From contig JBLDXI010000030.1 of NCBI GenBank assembly GCA_047495785.1, forward strand, positions 1,054,001-1,118,000: a DNA stretch of 64,000 nucleotides, in the 5' to 3' direction. The position numbers and the translations under genes are program-made. The DNA is from Lepidodermella squamata. Its lineage: Eukaryota; Animalia; Gastrotricha. The notes under the pieces were generated by a model that saw nothing but the letters and a program-made list of their open reading frames with translations, was not told the DNA's origin and searched no databases. Shown here piece by piece: positions 36,427 through 48,103 of this stretch (positions within the stretch are counted from its first letter, which is position 1; each line of letters starts with the position of its first letter).

Positions 36427-37596
36427 TTAAAGTAACATCAGTGAGAAGAGAATTGCATCGATAATCATTACAATTAGGCTTGCTGAGGCAGCTATTGCCA
36501 TGTCCAGAATCCGATGCAAGGGTAAGGCCATAGAATTGTTCAACCTAAAAACGCGAGATCTCAGTGGCTCTGGAATACTGGGGCTCAAGCAAGTGTACGC
36601 TGTAATTATGACAGAAACGACAAATTTAGCTAATACCATGTACACAAGGTAGACGTGATCGGACGTCATTGGAATCATGCCGAAGATTAGAGTGAGAAAT
36701 ACAACGTAAGACAGTACGACAGTCACGCAAAACGCTGATTGGTCCCTATTCACCGGTTCGGCCATCAAAGAGACGAATTGTAAGATGAAAAGTGTGATTG
36801 TTGGGACAAAGATGTTGCAGACGTAGTAGCCACTTTTTCGCCGAAATCGCATTGTCATATAAATTCGATCGAAAGAGAACAGGTTGCCCTGTTGCAATTC
36901 AGTGCTGTTATAACCTGATACCTCGACAAGTGACCATATATCACTATCAACGATGAATGTGTTGCCAGCTGACATGTCGATTTCTAGCGCCACAAGGCGG
37001 AGTGCTAGGAATCTGTAATCATCAGTGGATTCAAAAACTAGCGAGCATTCTTGCGCATCGAAGGGAAATTTGCGGTAGCTGAAAGCCGTACATGAAACGT
37101 CGAATCGGTCGAAAATGTAGTATACCATTGTATAAGACGGATGTAATGGATATACGACAATCTGGTCACTTAAGGTGCTGCCGATATTAGGCTTCTCGTA
37201 TGCCGTCAAATGATAAATCACTGGAGTCCAGATATTCAACGCAGGCACTGTGTAGTAGAGTGTGGCAGGATCTGCCCTCATACACTCTGTTTCTGATAAT
37301 AAATCTGTGCATTTCGGTTTTTCGCACGGCAGCTCCCACGTTATTGACAGATACAGAAGCAAAGACAGCTTTTGCTCCACGTCATCGATTCCTACAAAAC
37401 GGTGGAAGCCAACCTGGATATTCACCTCAACCTGACTGTTGCTGTCCGATTGAATTGCTTGTTCGAGCAGTAGGTTTTTCGACATAACTGCCTGGCAACG
37501 TTCAGCGAATTTCGCCTCTAATTTGCCAGCGGCCGGTGTCGCATTTCCAAACGATGCGAGCTTTGCAAACATCAGCAAATTGAGGGGCGATTTCAT
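36427..37596 (-). CDS. Atypical Cys-loop channel subunit (type C), 389 aa
   Basis: Close paralog of 2854-4023; CTAFSYRKFPFDAQEC; lacks one of the canonical features listed for nAChR alpha (no vicinal CC). Confidence 0.92.
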   Translation of the reverse strand: MKSPLNLLMFAKLASFGNATPAAGKLEAKFAERCQAVMSKNLLLEQAIQSDSNSQVEVNIQVGFHRFVGIDDVEQKLSLLLYLSITWELPCEKPKCTDLLSETECMRADPATLYYTVPALNIWTPVIYHLTAYEKPNIGSTLSDQIVVYPLHPSYTMVYYIFDRFDVSCTAFSYRKFPFDAQECSLVFESTDDYRFLALRLVALEIDMSAGNTFIVDSDIWSLVEVSGYNSTELQQGNLFSFDRIYMTMRFRRKSGYYVCNIFVPTITLFILQFVSLMAEPVNRDQSAFCVTVVLSYVVFLTLIFGMIPMTSDHVYLVYMVLAKFVVSVIITAYTCLSPSIPEPLRSRVFRLNNSMALPLHRILDMAIAASASLIVMIIDAILFSLMLL

Positions 37597-38697
37597 GAAA
37601 TTTGTATTACTCTGTGATTTTTCTACGAATGCATGACCGAAATAGCACTACGAAACTGAATATACTTCATATAGCTCATCTGCCAAGTTATCAGCCATCT
37701 GAAATGTCAAATTTCCTGTTAAGCATTTGTGTGCACAGTTATTTATATAACCTACATTAATGATGGGTATTGATCGAATTGAAAAAATCACGTTCTCGCA
37801 CTTTCCAAGTTTTCTTGGCAATCAAAATGCGGTGACCTGTTACGATAAGTTCGTTTTTCGATCGGAAATGCGGAAAGTTCATGCACAAGTAATTTCCGCA
37901 AGAATAAATATCGATTTTATCAGTTTCTATGAGGTTGGTCCATATCTTACGCATTCCAGACCTAGCCTTTCTGACCACTCATTTAGTGAACCCTAAATTC
38001 GTTTGAAATCGGTAAAAGGTTTCAGCAACATGACTGAATGCTGATTATTGTTGGACATCCTGTGCAATTTTCAACAAAACAAAATCCAAATGAATCCGCC
38101 GAACCGTATGACTTTTCAGAATCTTGGTAGGTTGGTATATAGAAGTGGTCCGATTAGGACATGGATAAGCAGTCGGCATGTCAGCCTGTCGACGACAAAA
38201 ATTGCGCACTTTGCCTGGCTCAGCTTGGTTTCAATTCATTCATACTACATACCTAGCTTTTTTCAAAAATTTTGGGAGTGATCATTTTCATTATCAAGCG
38301 TTATTATGGATTTTAACAGTTGCCACACCAGTTTCATAATACCTCATATTAATCTTGGTCAACCACTGCGGCAAAAACGATCGATGACCTGCTGAAAACA
38401 ATTTGACGGATCGGACCACCGAATGTTTCAACCCGAGTCATAGTAACGATTGATTAAAGTATCGACGTGCGCTACAGAATCGGACTTTGGAGTATTAGTT
38501 CCACAATGTAAATAAAGATAGAGTCGGGTAAAATTGCGCATCCGCGCCCTTCCTGCTATCGGTTAATCTAAATTTAGACAATACGCAGGATATTCGGCTT
38601 GGCATTATCGATTATGAGTACAATCCATACAAGTACAGCAACTAGTTGCAGAATTATTTCAGCCTTACAATACTAAAACTCGCGCTGTGTAAGCTTC

Positions 38698-39861
38698 ATG
38701 AAATTTCTTCTAGTTTTGCTGATGGTGGTCAAGCTTGCATCGATGGAAGTCGATTTTTCGACTGCTGGCAAACTGGAGGCTAAATATGCTGAATTTTGCC
38801 CGGCGATTCGGTCGAAATGCCTACCCACGGATCAACTGGTAAATTCCAACCGCAGCGGTCTGCTTCGTGTGGCTATCAATATGACTCCCTATCGATTTGT
38901 AGGAATCGACGACGTGGAGCAAAAACTGTCTTTACTCGCATATTTTTCTATGAGTTGGGCTCTGCCATGCGAATCCCCGAAATGCACAGATTTACTGTCT
39001 GAAGAAGAATGCACGGCAGCCGATCCTGAAAGGCTCATATTTCTAGTCCCAGCCCTGGATATTTGGACGCCAGGGATCATTCATGTGACCGCTTACAAGA
39101 CACCTGTTCAAACTCGTAAAATAGGTGACCAGGTCGCGATCACTCCTTTTATTTCGGGATCATTTCCGTTGAGTTACAGTATTTACGACCGATTCGATGT
39201 TTCCTGCACCGATTTCAGTTACACCCAATTTCCCTTCGATACACAATCATGCACGCTGGTTTTTGAATCTACAGATTATTTTGGGGATCTCACTTTATAT
39301 CTGGAGTCATTTGTAGCTCGTCCTAATTTTATCGTTGGCTCAGATATATGGACGGTTGTGAAGCCCTTCGAGAATGAGAGCTTTGCTATTCCCCATGGTA
39401 AGAACACGTACAGTGTTAATCGAATTTACCTGACAATACGATTTCGCCGCAAAAGTAGCTACTACGTCTGCAACATCTTTGTCCCAACCATCACGCTTTT
39501 CTTTCTACAAGTAATCTCTTTGATCGCGGAGCCGGTGAATAGGGACCAATCTGCATTCTGCGTGACTGTTGTGCTCTCTTACGTTGTATATCTGACGTTG
39601 ATTTTTGGCATGATTCCAAAAACTTCAGATCATGTTTACCTCGTCTATATGGTATCAGCGAAATTCATCGTATCAGTTATAATCACAGCTTATACTTGCT
39701 TGAGTCCTAGTATCCCTGAATCACTGAAATCCCGGATAGCCAAGTTAAACAAACGCCTGGCTATACCAATGCATCGCCTTCTCGACCTGGCGATGGCTGC
39801 TTCGGCTGGCCTGGTTGTACTGATTATGGATGTAGTTCTGTTTTCGTTGATGTTATCATAA
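38698..39861 (+). CDS. Atypical Cys-loop channel subunit, 387 aa
   Basis: Signal peptide, CTDFSYTQFPFDTQSC, family M1-M3. Confidence 0.92.
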   Translation: MKFLLVLLMVVKLASMEVDFSTAGKLEAKYAEFCPAIRSKCLPTDQLVNSNRSGLLRVAINMTPYRFVGIDDVEQKLSLLAYFSMSWALPCESPKCTDLLSEEECTAADPERLIFLVPALDIWTPGIIHVTAYKTPVQTRKIGDQVAITPFISGSFPLSYSIYDRFDVSCTDFSYTQFPFDTQSCTLVFESTDYFGDLTLYLESFVARPNFIVGSDIWTVVKPFENESFAIPHGKNTYSVNRIYLTIRFRRKSSYYVCNIFVPTITLFFLQVISLIAEPVNRDQSAFCVTVVLSYVVYLTLIFGMIPKTSDHVYLVYMVSAKFIVSVIITAYTCLSPSIPESLKSRIAKLNKRLAIPMHRLLDLAMAASAGLVVLIMDVVLFSLMLS

Positions 39862-39934
39862 ATATACTGATCCTTCTGAAGTGATGAATCCTGTTCTAGC
39901 TGTGCCATCGCTTGTCAAATGCAATTCGAATCAA

Positions 39935-40236
39935 AATAAAGTACGGATGATAATTTTTTTGCCTTGCATTTTTTTAATAACTCAGTAACCATGATGAATT
40001 TTTTGGAGCGGGTTTCACCAGTCGATAGATCTAGTCTGTTGTAAACTTTCCTAAAATCCTTGTTGAATTGGGATAAAATTTGAGAAATTGGTGACGAAAA
40101 TGCCCCTTGTTATTTTTGGTGGAAAAGCTCATTTTTGAAAAAAGCTCCAAAAGTGAAACCCGCTCCAAAAAATTCATCATGGTTACTGAGTTATTAAAAA
40201 AATGCAAGGCAAAAAAATTATCATCCGTACTTTATT
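39935..40236. mobile_element. MITE with ~84-bp perfect TIRs (possibly Tc1/pogo-type, TA target)
   Basis: 39935-40018 is the reverse complement of 40153-40236; TA|cggatga...tcatccg|TA lies inside the arms. Confidence 0.85.
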
Positions 40237-40385
40237 AATAAAACGAAACCTAAATAATCAGTTTTATAACTCGCAAAATGAATATTTCTCTGTATAACAC
40301 CCCAGCTTTGAAATGCAAGGCACAGCCACGGGCCCGGGAGTCCCTCTGGTTTCTTTGGCTGGGCACTCGGAACCCCAATTCTGAT

Positions 40386-41424
40386 GGGAGAAATGCTTTC
40401 TGCCACTAATTTTGGACTTTCTGCCACTAAATTTGGGTTTTCTGCCACCAAATATGAAAATCCAAAAATTGCCACTAAATTGAGGTTTTTTGCCACCAAA
40501 TTGGTATTTGTACCACTGAAACAAGGCTTGCCACCAATTTAGGGTTTCTTGCCACCAATTTGGGGTTTCTTGCCACTAAAAATGCTGAAACTGAGTATTT
40601 TGCTCGTTTAGAGAAGCGGCGTGTGGTAAGACTTGAACGTAACAATACGCGCGATCGTTTGGCGCCCTTTTCCGGCGATTGTAAGACGCGTCTAGAAGAA
40701 TCTTTAGTTCACTGAAAATTCCTCAACACAAATTGCTACACGATTCGAATTTTAACACAAATACCTAACTTACTTTCGAATCAACATGTTACTTGATGGG
40801 GAGAAAGCGATTACAATTAAACGCCTCGCCGTCCATTTCTCCGGCGTCGCCTGCTTCAGTCTCTTCTCCGCCTCTTATCAGACAACATTCAGCCAGCTAC
40901 ATCAGAGGAATCTTAAGAGTCAGAAGTTACACCTAAGCCCGTTAAACGCGCCGGAAAAGGGGCAGCCTAAAAAATTATCAAACGTTCGATACGCGTTTTG
41001 CCAGCTTAAAAGAGGCTGCAAAGTGGGCGAAGTCTATCTGTTAACTATCTGTAATTTTTGTAGGTTTGTAAGCATGTTCTCATGATGAGGCACAAGCATG
41101 GTTCCAAGCCGATTGATAAGAAGTACTGATCCGTTGTTCTGGATGGCCTGGCCATTCGTGGTCGAGTGGCTAACGCTACTTCGGCACCGAAATTTTAATC
41201 CGTGATCTTGTTAAAGTTGCTTCAGTTCTTGATTTTGGGAAGAAAACTAAATTGGTGGCAAGAAACCCTAAATTGGTGGCAAGCCTTGTTTCAGTGGTAT
41301 AAAGACCAATTTGGTGGCAAGAAACCTCAATTTAGTGGCAATTTTTGGATTTTCATATTTGGTGCCGGAAAACCCTAATCCCATGGCAGAAAACCCAAAT
41401 CTGGTGGCAAGAAGTACCACTCCC
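40386..41424. mobile_element. Non-autonomous Mutator/foldback-like element with 9-bp TSD
   Basis: aattctgat at 40377-40385 and 41425-41433; GGGAG...CTCCC termini; long TIRs built from ~21-bp ttggtggcaagaaaccc subrepeats. Confidence 0.85.
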
Positions 41425-42290
41425 AATTCTGATCAGCTGTTTTTCACAGTTCCTGCTTCAGATACACTTGACCGCTTACGAATCGCCCCTGATCGGTCGA
41501 AAATTAAGTGACGAGATCAGGATCTTTCCATTCCTTTCGTCACTCTACATGCGTTACAACGTTCTCGACCGATTCGATGTCTTATGTACAGCTTTAACTA
41601 TCGAAAATTCCTATTCGACACCCAATCCTGTACGCTAGTTTTTGAATCCAACAATTATTTATGGGATTTTAATCTCTCTTTGGAAACATTTGAAATCGAC
41701 ATCTCAGCTCTGGATACATCCATCGTGGATACTGAATTATGGTCCGTTGTGGAACCACTCGCGTATGGCACCTATGCATCTCTGCAGGCGAAGGGCGACT
41801 ATAGCCTTAAAAGAGTTAATATGACGATCTGATTCCGTCGCAAAAGTGGCTACTACGTCTGCAACATCTTCGTCCCAACCATAGACAACGATGTAACATT
41901 ATTGTCTATGGTCCCAACAACAGCGCTGTTCGTCCTTCAAGTCGTTCTCTGATAGTAGAGCCAGTGAACCGAGACCAGTCAGCGTTTTGCGTGACTGTCG
42001 TGCTGTCTTACGTTGTATTTTTGACGATGATTTTTGGCATGATGCCAAGAACCTCTGATCACGTCTATCTTGTCTACATGGTTTCAGCGAAATCCACCGT
42101 TTCAGTCTTAATCACGGCCTACACTTGCTTGAGTCCTAGTATCCCTGAATCACTCAAATCTCGCGTTGTCAAGTTATACAATTCTATGACGCTGCCAATG
42201 CATCGCTTTTTCGACTTGGCGATGGCTGCTACAGCAAGCTTGATCGTAATGATCATTGACGCCTGTGTTTTCTCTCTGATGCTGTCGTGA
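41425..42290 (+). pseudogene. 5'-truncated, frameshifted type-A Cys-loop gene
   Basis: Fragments DQLFFTVPA / HLTAYESP / YRKFLFDTQSC / M2-M4; CGA>TGA at 41830; 39-bp insertion at 41880-41918. Confidence 0.88.
41880..41910. mobile_element. 31-bp fused TIR ends with 8-bp TSD (P-element-like excision footprint)
   Basis: gtcccaac | catagacaacgatgt-a-acattattgtctatg | gtcccaac; absent from all paralogs. Confidence 0.75.
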
Positions 42291-42523
42291 CTTGGCTTTC
42301 AAGACATCAATATTACGTTGAACAGTGGTAAAATGCAGTAAATAGAGCTGTTATCATTGATGACTCATGTCTATCCCCTATCATGTTTACATTGGATCGA
42401 ACTGCGCTATAATGTTTACCAGGAAATTGCAAGGGCTCTCTGAATAAAATGTCGGTATGCATCGAAGCGGATCGGGTGTTCTCAGACACATGTTAATTCT
42501 AGGTATAGGAGATTACGAGCGAA

Positions 42524-43678
42524 ATGGCTTTGATTATGTTATTTCTCCTAATGACACGAATTGATACGATCAGATCTGCTCTTTCAGATGCCGAAAACCT
42601 GGAGGCAAAATACGCTGAGTTCTGCCCAGCCTTGCGGTCAATGAATCTACCAGTCGACCAAATGATCCGCTCGAATAATAGCAGGCCGATTGTTGTCAAT
42701 ATCACAATGTCTCTGGTTCGGTTTGTGGGCATCGATGATGTCGAGCAGAAACTGTCACTACTCGCTCTGCTCGATGTTGGCTGGAAACTGCCATGTCGAA
42801 TCCCGAAATGCACGGATCTGCTATCGGAGTCAGAGTGCGCAATACCTGATATCGAGTGGCTCTACTTCCACGTTCCTGCAAATCGTATTTGGATGCCGGA
42901 GTTCTCCCACTTGACAGCGTACGAATCGCCTGTCCTTACTCAGAGGTTAAGAGACCGGGCTGGAATATATCCATTTGCAAATGCTGTATTTTATGATTCA
43001 TATGAACGATTCGACGTGTCTTGCACCGCCTTTAGCTACCGCAAATTCCCGTTTGACAGGCAAGTATGCTGGATTGTCTTCGATTCATTTGAATACGTGG
43101 AATACCATTTGACGTCATTTCGAATTGACCCATCTGCCCGCGATACCTTCATCGTTGATACTGATATATGGTCGATCGTCGAGCCCCTCGAGTATAGCGA
43201 ACGAGTATATGCGCAGATCAAAACGTACAGCCTTAACCTCCTTAATATGACGATGAGATTCCAGCGCAAAAGCAGCTACTACGTCTGCAACATCTTCGTA
43301 CCAACTATAGCACTTTTCATCCTTCAAGTCGTTTCTTTGTTTGCCGAGCCTGTGAACAGGGATCAATCTGCGTTTTGCGTAACTGTCGTCCTGTCCTACG
43401 TTGTATTTCTCACCTTAATTTTTGACATGATGCCGAAGACCTCAGATCATGTGTATTTGGTGTACATGATCGCGGCGAAATTCATTGTATCAGTCCTAAT
43501 TACGGCGTATACTTGCTTGAGTCCCAGTATTCCTGAGTCGCTGAAATCTCGGACCGTCAAGTTACACAAATGCCTGGCTATACCTATGCATCGCCTTCTG
43601 GACCTAACGATCGCTGCAGCGGCAACCCTGGTAGTAATGATCATTGACACAGTTCTATTCTCACTCATGCTATCCTAA
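42524..43678 (+). CDS. Atypical Cys-loop channel subunit (type B), 384 aa
   Basis: Paralog of 34743-35930; CTAFSYRKFPFDRQVC. Confidence 0.92.
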   Translation: MALIMLFLLMTRIDTIRSALSDAENLEAKYAEFCPALRSMNLPVDQMIRSNNSRPIVVNITMSLVRFVGIDDVEQKLSLLALLDVGWKLPCRIPKCTDLLSESECAIPDIEWLYFHVPANRIWMPEFSHLTAYESPVLTQRLRDRAGIYPFANAVFYDSYERFDVSCTAFSYRKFPFDRQVCWIVFDSFEYVEYHLTSFRIDPSARDTFIVDTDIWSIVEPLEYSERVYAQIKTYSLNLLNMTMRFQRKSSYYVCNIFVPTIALFILQVVSLFAEPVNRDQSAFCVTVVLSYVVFLTLIFDMMPKTSDHVYLVYMIAAKFIVSVLITAYTCLSPSIPESLKSRTVKLHKCLAIPMHRLLDLTIAAAATLVVMIIDTVLFSLMLS

Positions 43679-44971
43679 ATTCCCACAGTGAGATGCATCC
43701 CGATCATCTTGCTAAGCTTCCTCGTTCTTTCGCGCTGATATCAGTTGTCGGTGTGAATTTCGTTTCCGGTCTCTTTACGACAAGTCAATCAACCTTGTAA
43801 CTTGTTTCGTATTTTCGGAATAGTAAATATGTAATGGTTCACGTGGGTTTCGGCGCCTCCGTATTTTCGTGACTTCTGTTTCAGTGCTCCAATAATTAGG
43901 GGTGAAATAAACAGCATGATATCTTGTACCAACATATTATGTAGCAGAACATATTTCGGGTTTTCTTGCGCCCACTTGATCCACTGCCACTGAACATGTA
44001 GTTCAGTGTTCAGTCGACTGGCAAATCCACTGCTACATTATTGACGAAAGGAATGGCTGCTTTAGTTGGAACAAGCCTAATCCGGCAGGTCCTACTACCA
44101 ATAACTACCTGGTAGATACTCTAACATTTAGCCCTGCAATTCAAAGCGGAACAAATCCCGGACACTTTTTCCGAATATCGTGAATCCTGAATAGTCTGAA
44201 TAAACATTGTATAGGAAGACAACCGTTACCATCGGTTTTTTGTGAACTTTAAAATGATTTTCAACCATTAGGTAAGGGTTCTCTAGCGAAAAATTCGAAA
44301 AGAAACTATGGGGAATCGCTTTCAGCTCAATTAATTTCATTTCATCTCGAAATCGATGACAAAGGAAAATCCCGGGCAGTTTTCCAGTCACCACGACTTT
44401 CAGCAAATGCAAATTCTACATCACTGCTTCAAAACTTGATACTAAGATCTCCCTTTTTGATAAATGCTTTTCGTTCGTTATATCAGTCGAAAAATATCAG
44501 TCAATCAGCCAAAGTTGTGGATTCGCTGCATGGTTTATTACTTGATTACTAAAAAGCAATCGTAACAGTTTCATCCCAGATTCATGAACTGACCAATCAG
44601 CGCGCGCACCAAAGTTCAACTTATTAGTAGTTTGACAATGTCAGCAGTCAAAGGTTAACGTAGTCTTCGCAAGTTTTATTCGCAATTTGTTACCAACTGC
44701 TTCTATACTTAATACTTAATACTACGATCGGCCTTCAACTATGCGATATGCTTTTCATTCGTTTTCTAAAAAGGGAAGGAAAAACATAAAATTATGGATC
44801 CTCTTTAAGTTCAACACAGAAAGTCGCATTTTTAATAAAAGCAGCAAAAAAAGAAGAGAATCCCAAAATATATTATTTGCTGGGCCAATTACAATGTATG
44901 CGACTTTGATACGTTGCATCGCTATACGGAATTGGGATGCATCGCTATAGCGACAAACGATTCGGCAGAAC

Positions 44972-46141
44972 TCATGATAACATCAGTGAGAAGAGAATTG
45001 CGTCGATGGTCAGTACAGATATGCCTGCCCCTGCAGCCATTACAATGTCTAGAAGGCGATGCAGGGGTAAGGCCAGAAAATTGTTCAACTTGAAAACGCG
45101 AGATTTCACAGACTCGGGGATACTGGGACTCAAGCAAGTATAGGCCGTGATAAGTACAGCAACGATGAATTTGACTGCGACCATGTAGACCAGGTAGACA
45201 TGATCTGACGTCATTGGAATCATTCCAAAGATTAGCGTGAGAAATACAACGTAAGACAGAACGACAGTGACGCAAAACGCTGATTGGTCTCGATTCACAG
45301 GTTCAGCGATCAAAGAAACGACTTGAAGCACGAAAAGAGTGATGGTAGGGACGAAGATGTTGCAGACGTAGTAGCCACTTTTGCGGCGAAATCGGATCTT
45401 CAAGTGAATTCTATCATAAGAGTACATGTATTGCGGTTGAAATATAGTGATGTTGTTCCCAAAATACTCCACAAGTGACCATATATCACTATCGACGATG
45501 AATGTGTTGCCAACAGACGTGTCGATTCCAAAAAATGCAAGGCGGAGCGCCACGCTTTGGTGAGAATTAGCGCATTCAAAGACAATTGAACAGTCTTGCG
45601 TATCGAATGGGAATTTGCGGTAGCTGAATTCTGTACAAGATACGTCGAATCGATCTACAGCGTAGAGTGTCATCGCATACGTGGGTTGCAATGGACGGAT
45701 TACAATTTGATCAGTTAATTTGTTACCGATACTAGGCTTCTCGTATGCAGACAAATGATGTATTATCGGAGTCCAAATATCCAACGCAGGGACTGTGAAG
45801 AAGGCATCAACAGGATTGAGCGACGCGCAGTCGGTTTCGGACAGTAAATCTGTACATTGAGGAGCTTCGCATGGCAGCCCCCAAGACAAAGTAATGTAAG
45901 CAAGCATAGACATCTTTTGCTGCACATCGTCGATCCCCACAAAACGGTGGAGGGCAACGTTGAAAGTCACCTCAACCGCCCTGCCGTTCTTGAAATAAGC
46001 TGCTTGTTCCATCGGTAGGTTTTTCGACAGAACTGCCGGGCAACGTTCGATGAATTTCGCCTCCAACCTTCCTGCAGTCGTTGACGCTGATCCCAGCGAT
46101 GCGAGATTCGCCAACATCAGCGAAGCTAGGGGCGATTTCAT
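44972..46141 (-). CDS. Atypical Cys-loop channel subunit (type C), 389 aa
   Basis: MKSPL start; CTEFSYRKFPFDTQDC; 4 TM. Confidence 0.92.
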   Translation of the reverse strand: MKSPLASLMLANLASLGSASTTAGRLEAKFIERCPAVLSKNLPMEQAAYFKNGRAVEVTFNVALHRFVGIDDVQQKMSMLAYITLSWGLPCEAPQCTDLLSETDCASLNPVDAFFTVPALDIWTPIIHHLSAYEKPSIGNKLTDQIVIRPLQPTYAMTLYAVDRFDVSCTEFSYRKFPFDTQDCSIVFECANSHQSVALRLAFFGIDTSVGNTFIVDSDIWSLVEYFGNNITIFQPQYMYSYDRIHLKIRFRRKSGYYVCNIFVPTITLFVLQVVSLIAEPVNRDQSAFCVTVVLSYVVFLTLIFGMIPMTSDHVYLVYMVAVKFIVAVLITAYTCLSPSIPESVKSRVFKLNNFLALPLHRLLDIVMAAGAGISVLTIDAILFSLMLS

Positions 46142-46702
46142 GATGTTTTATTACCATGTGGTTTTTATTCAATGGAGATCCATATAGCTCACCTACCGAG
46201 TCATGTATGTTATTCAAATTTCCTGTGAAGCGTATGTTTGCTCAGCGATATGACGAGGCCTTTAAAACCGCATAGTCGAGACCTAATAAATCCTGGGCAA
46301 GCAATTTTTTGCTATTGTATACACGCAAATTCAATGAGCTGTGTTGAAGATGATGTTCCATGCCATGGTTCACATTGGGAGAAAATGGTGTCGCATTGCT
46401 GAAGCTCGATTGATTTGATAGTGGGTAATTTGATAGTGAATAATGACATTGATGATCCTAAATTTGCCGATTTTGACTTGAAGATGCTTGCGTTCCGACC
46501 CGTTCCATTATCAATTTATGAAAGCGACGTTGTTGTTACGAAGTGGCGATGTGAGTTTATGGGATAATGACCATAATTAAGTCTCTAAATTACCCATTTT
46601 AGGTTGAATCCAGGCCCAGGAATAATGAAATTTACTTCGCTCGCAACTGGAAATAGCCTATCAAGTCAGTCTCGCACTACGCTACCTGGGAATGCTTCCT
46701 GG

Positions 46703-46866
46703 CAGGGTGCGAAGTACAGGGGTGCTGGGGTCGCGACACCCCAGCTCCGGGACTGCAACCAAAGGAAGGCTGGAAAAACCACAGGGGGGACGCTTTGGTT
46801 GTTACGGCTGGGTCCTTGAAAACAAGTAGAAAACACCTGAGCTCCCGGATCCTACTTCGCACACTG
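46703..46866. mobile_element. hAT-type MITE, 164 bp
   Basis: TIR cagggtgcgaagta / tacttcgcacactg; 8-bp TSD cttcctgg at 46695-46702 and 46867-46874. Confidence 0.88.
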
Positions 46867-48103
46867 CTTCCTGGCGAGAGGATACAATTGTTAGGACGAA
46901 TCTAATCCAGATACATTAACTTAATATTTAAGGAGGATTCTATATTTTTTGCAGTGAGCACCCAGCCCTGCTGTAAAACGCGAGCGCAGCGAGCATCACG
47001 GGGCAAAGTTTTCGTCCGCGCGGAGCGAGGAGACGCTGATTTCATCGAGCAAAGCGAGAAAAAGGACGTAAAACTCTTCGAGCGAAGCGAGATCATTTAT
47101 CTAGTTTCAGCATGAAATTCGTTCAAAAATGCCGTTTTGATCATACATTTTTAAGGTTGATTTTTTGAAGTCGCATTTCACCCCGAAAATGAACTATTAT
47201 GTCACATTTTTTCATTTAAATTGCAGTTTCATCGGGAACGGTGAACGCTTCGCCTTGAGTAATATGTCTAATAGGCCCACGGTACGGCTAGTTCCTCGCC
47301 TTATTATGCGAGTTTTTCCTCGGAACTATCCTCCCCTAGGGCCTTATAAATACATAGGATAGAGGGCGATCCTTTTTGCACTTGGAATTTTTCGATTGTT
47401 CCACAGCTTTCAATTAGCAAAAAAAACAGCGACGCAAGAACAGGGGAAATGCGATATTTAGTGATCTGGAATCTGGAGAAAAGAGCCAATTTGATGTAGA
47501 TCGGTGGGGCTCGTGTTCATAATAATGCAAACTTCAGAATCTACGACTCGAACTGCACCTGTGGTCATGAAAACCACTATGAGGCATTTCAATCTACGTA
47601 ATTGACAACGGTTTAATAAAATTTCGTAGCTGTGAATCCTTTTTTTTTAGTTTTTCGCTTCTCCCGAAAAATTGCGATTTTAATGCGCGCGCACTCAACT
47701 GTCTATATCTTGAGAACGGTGGCAGATATCGCGGGGTGGGCGACAGAACTGGCACAGAAAAAACTGGCGCTCAGTTTTTCCGGCACGCGACTGACTTGGC
47801 CGAGATGCAAAAAATAGTTTTACGCCATTTGTTTCTATTTTAGTCAGGTCGGTCTGTCGCCCACCCCGCGATATCAAAAAACGGTTTTCAGATTTGAAAT
47901 AAGCGGTTAAAACTACAGTAGGCCACATACTTAACTCAAATTTGAAAACAATGTCGTAAGATAAGGTTTTCACTTGCCGCGGCTGATATGTTCCCTGGTT
48001 TGAAGCATAATAATCTCCCTTTCCATTAGAAGATAACATATAACAATTATAAATCCACTGATTGCAAAACAAGTTATCACAGAAAGTAGGAATTTTTAAT
48101 AAA

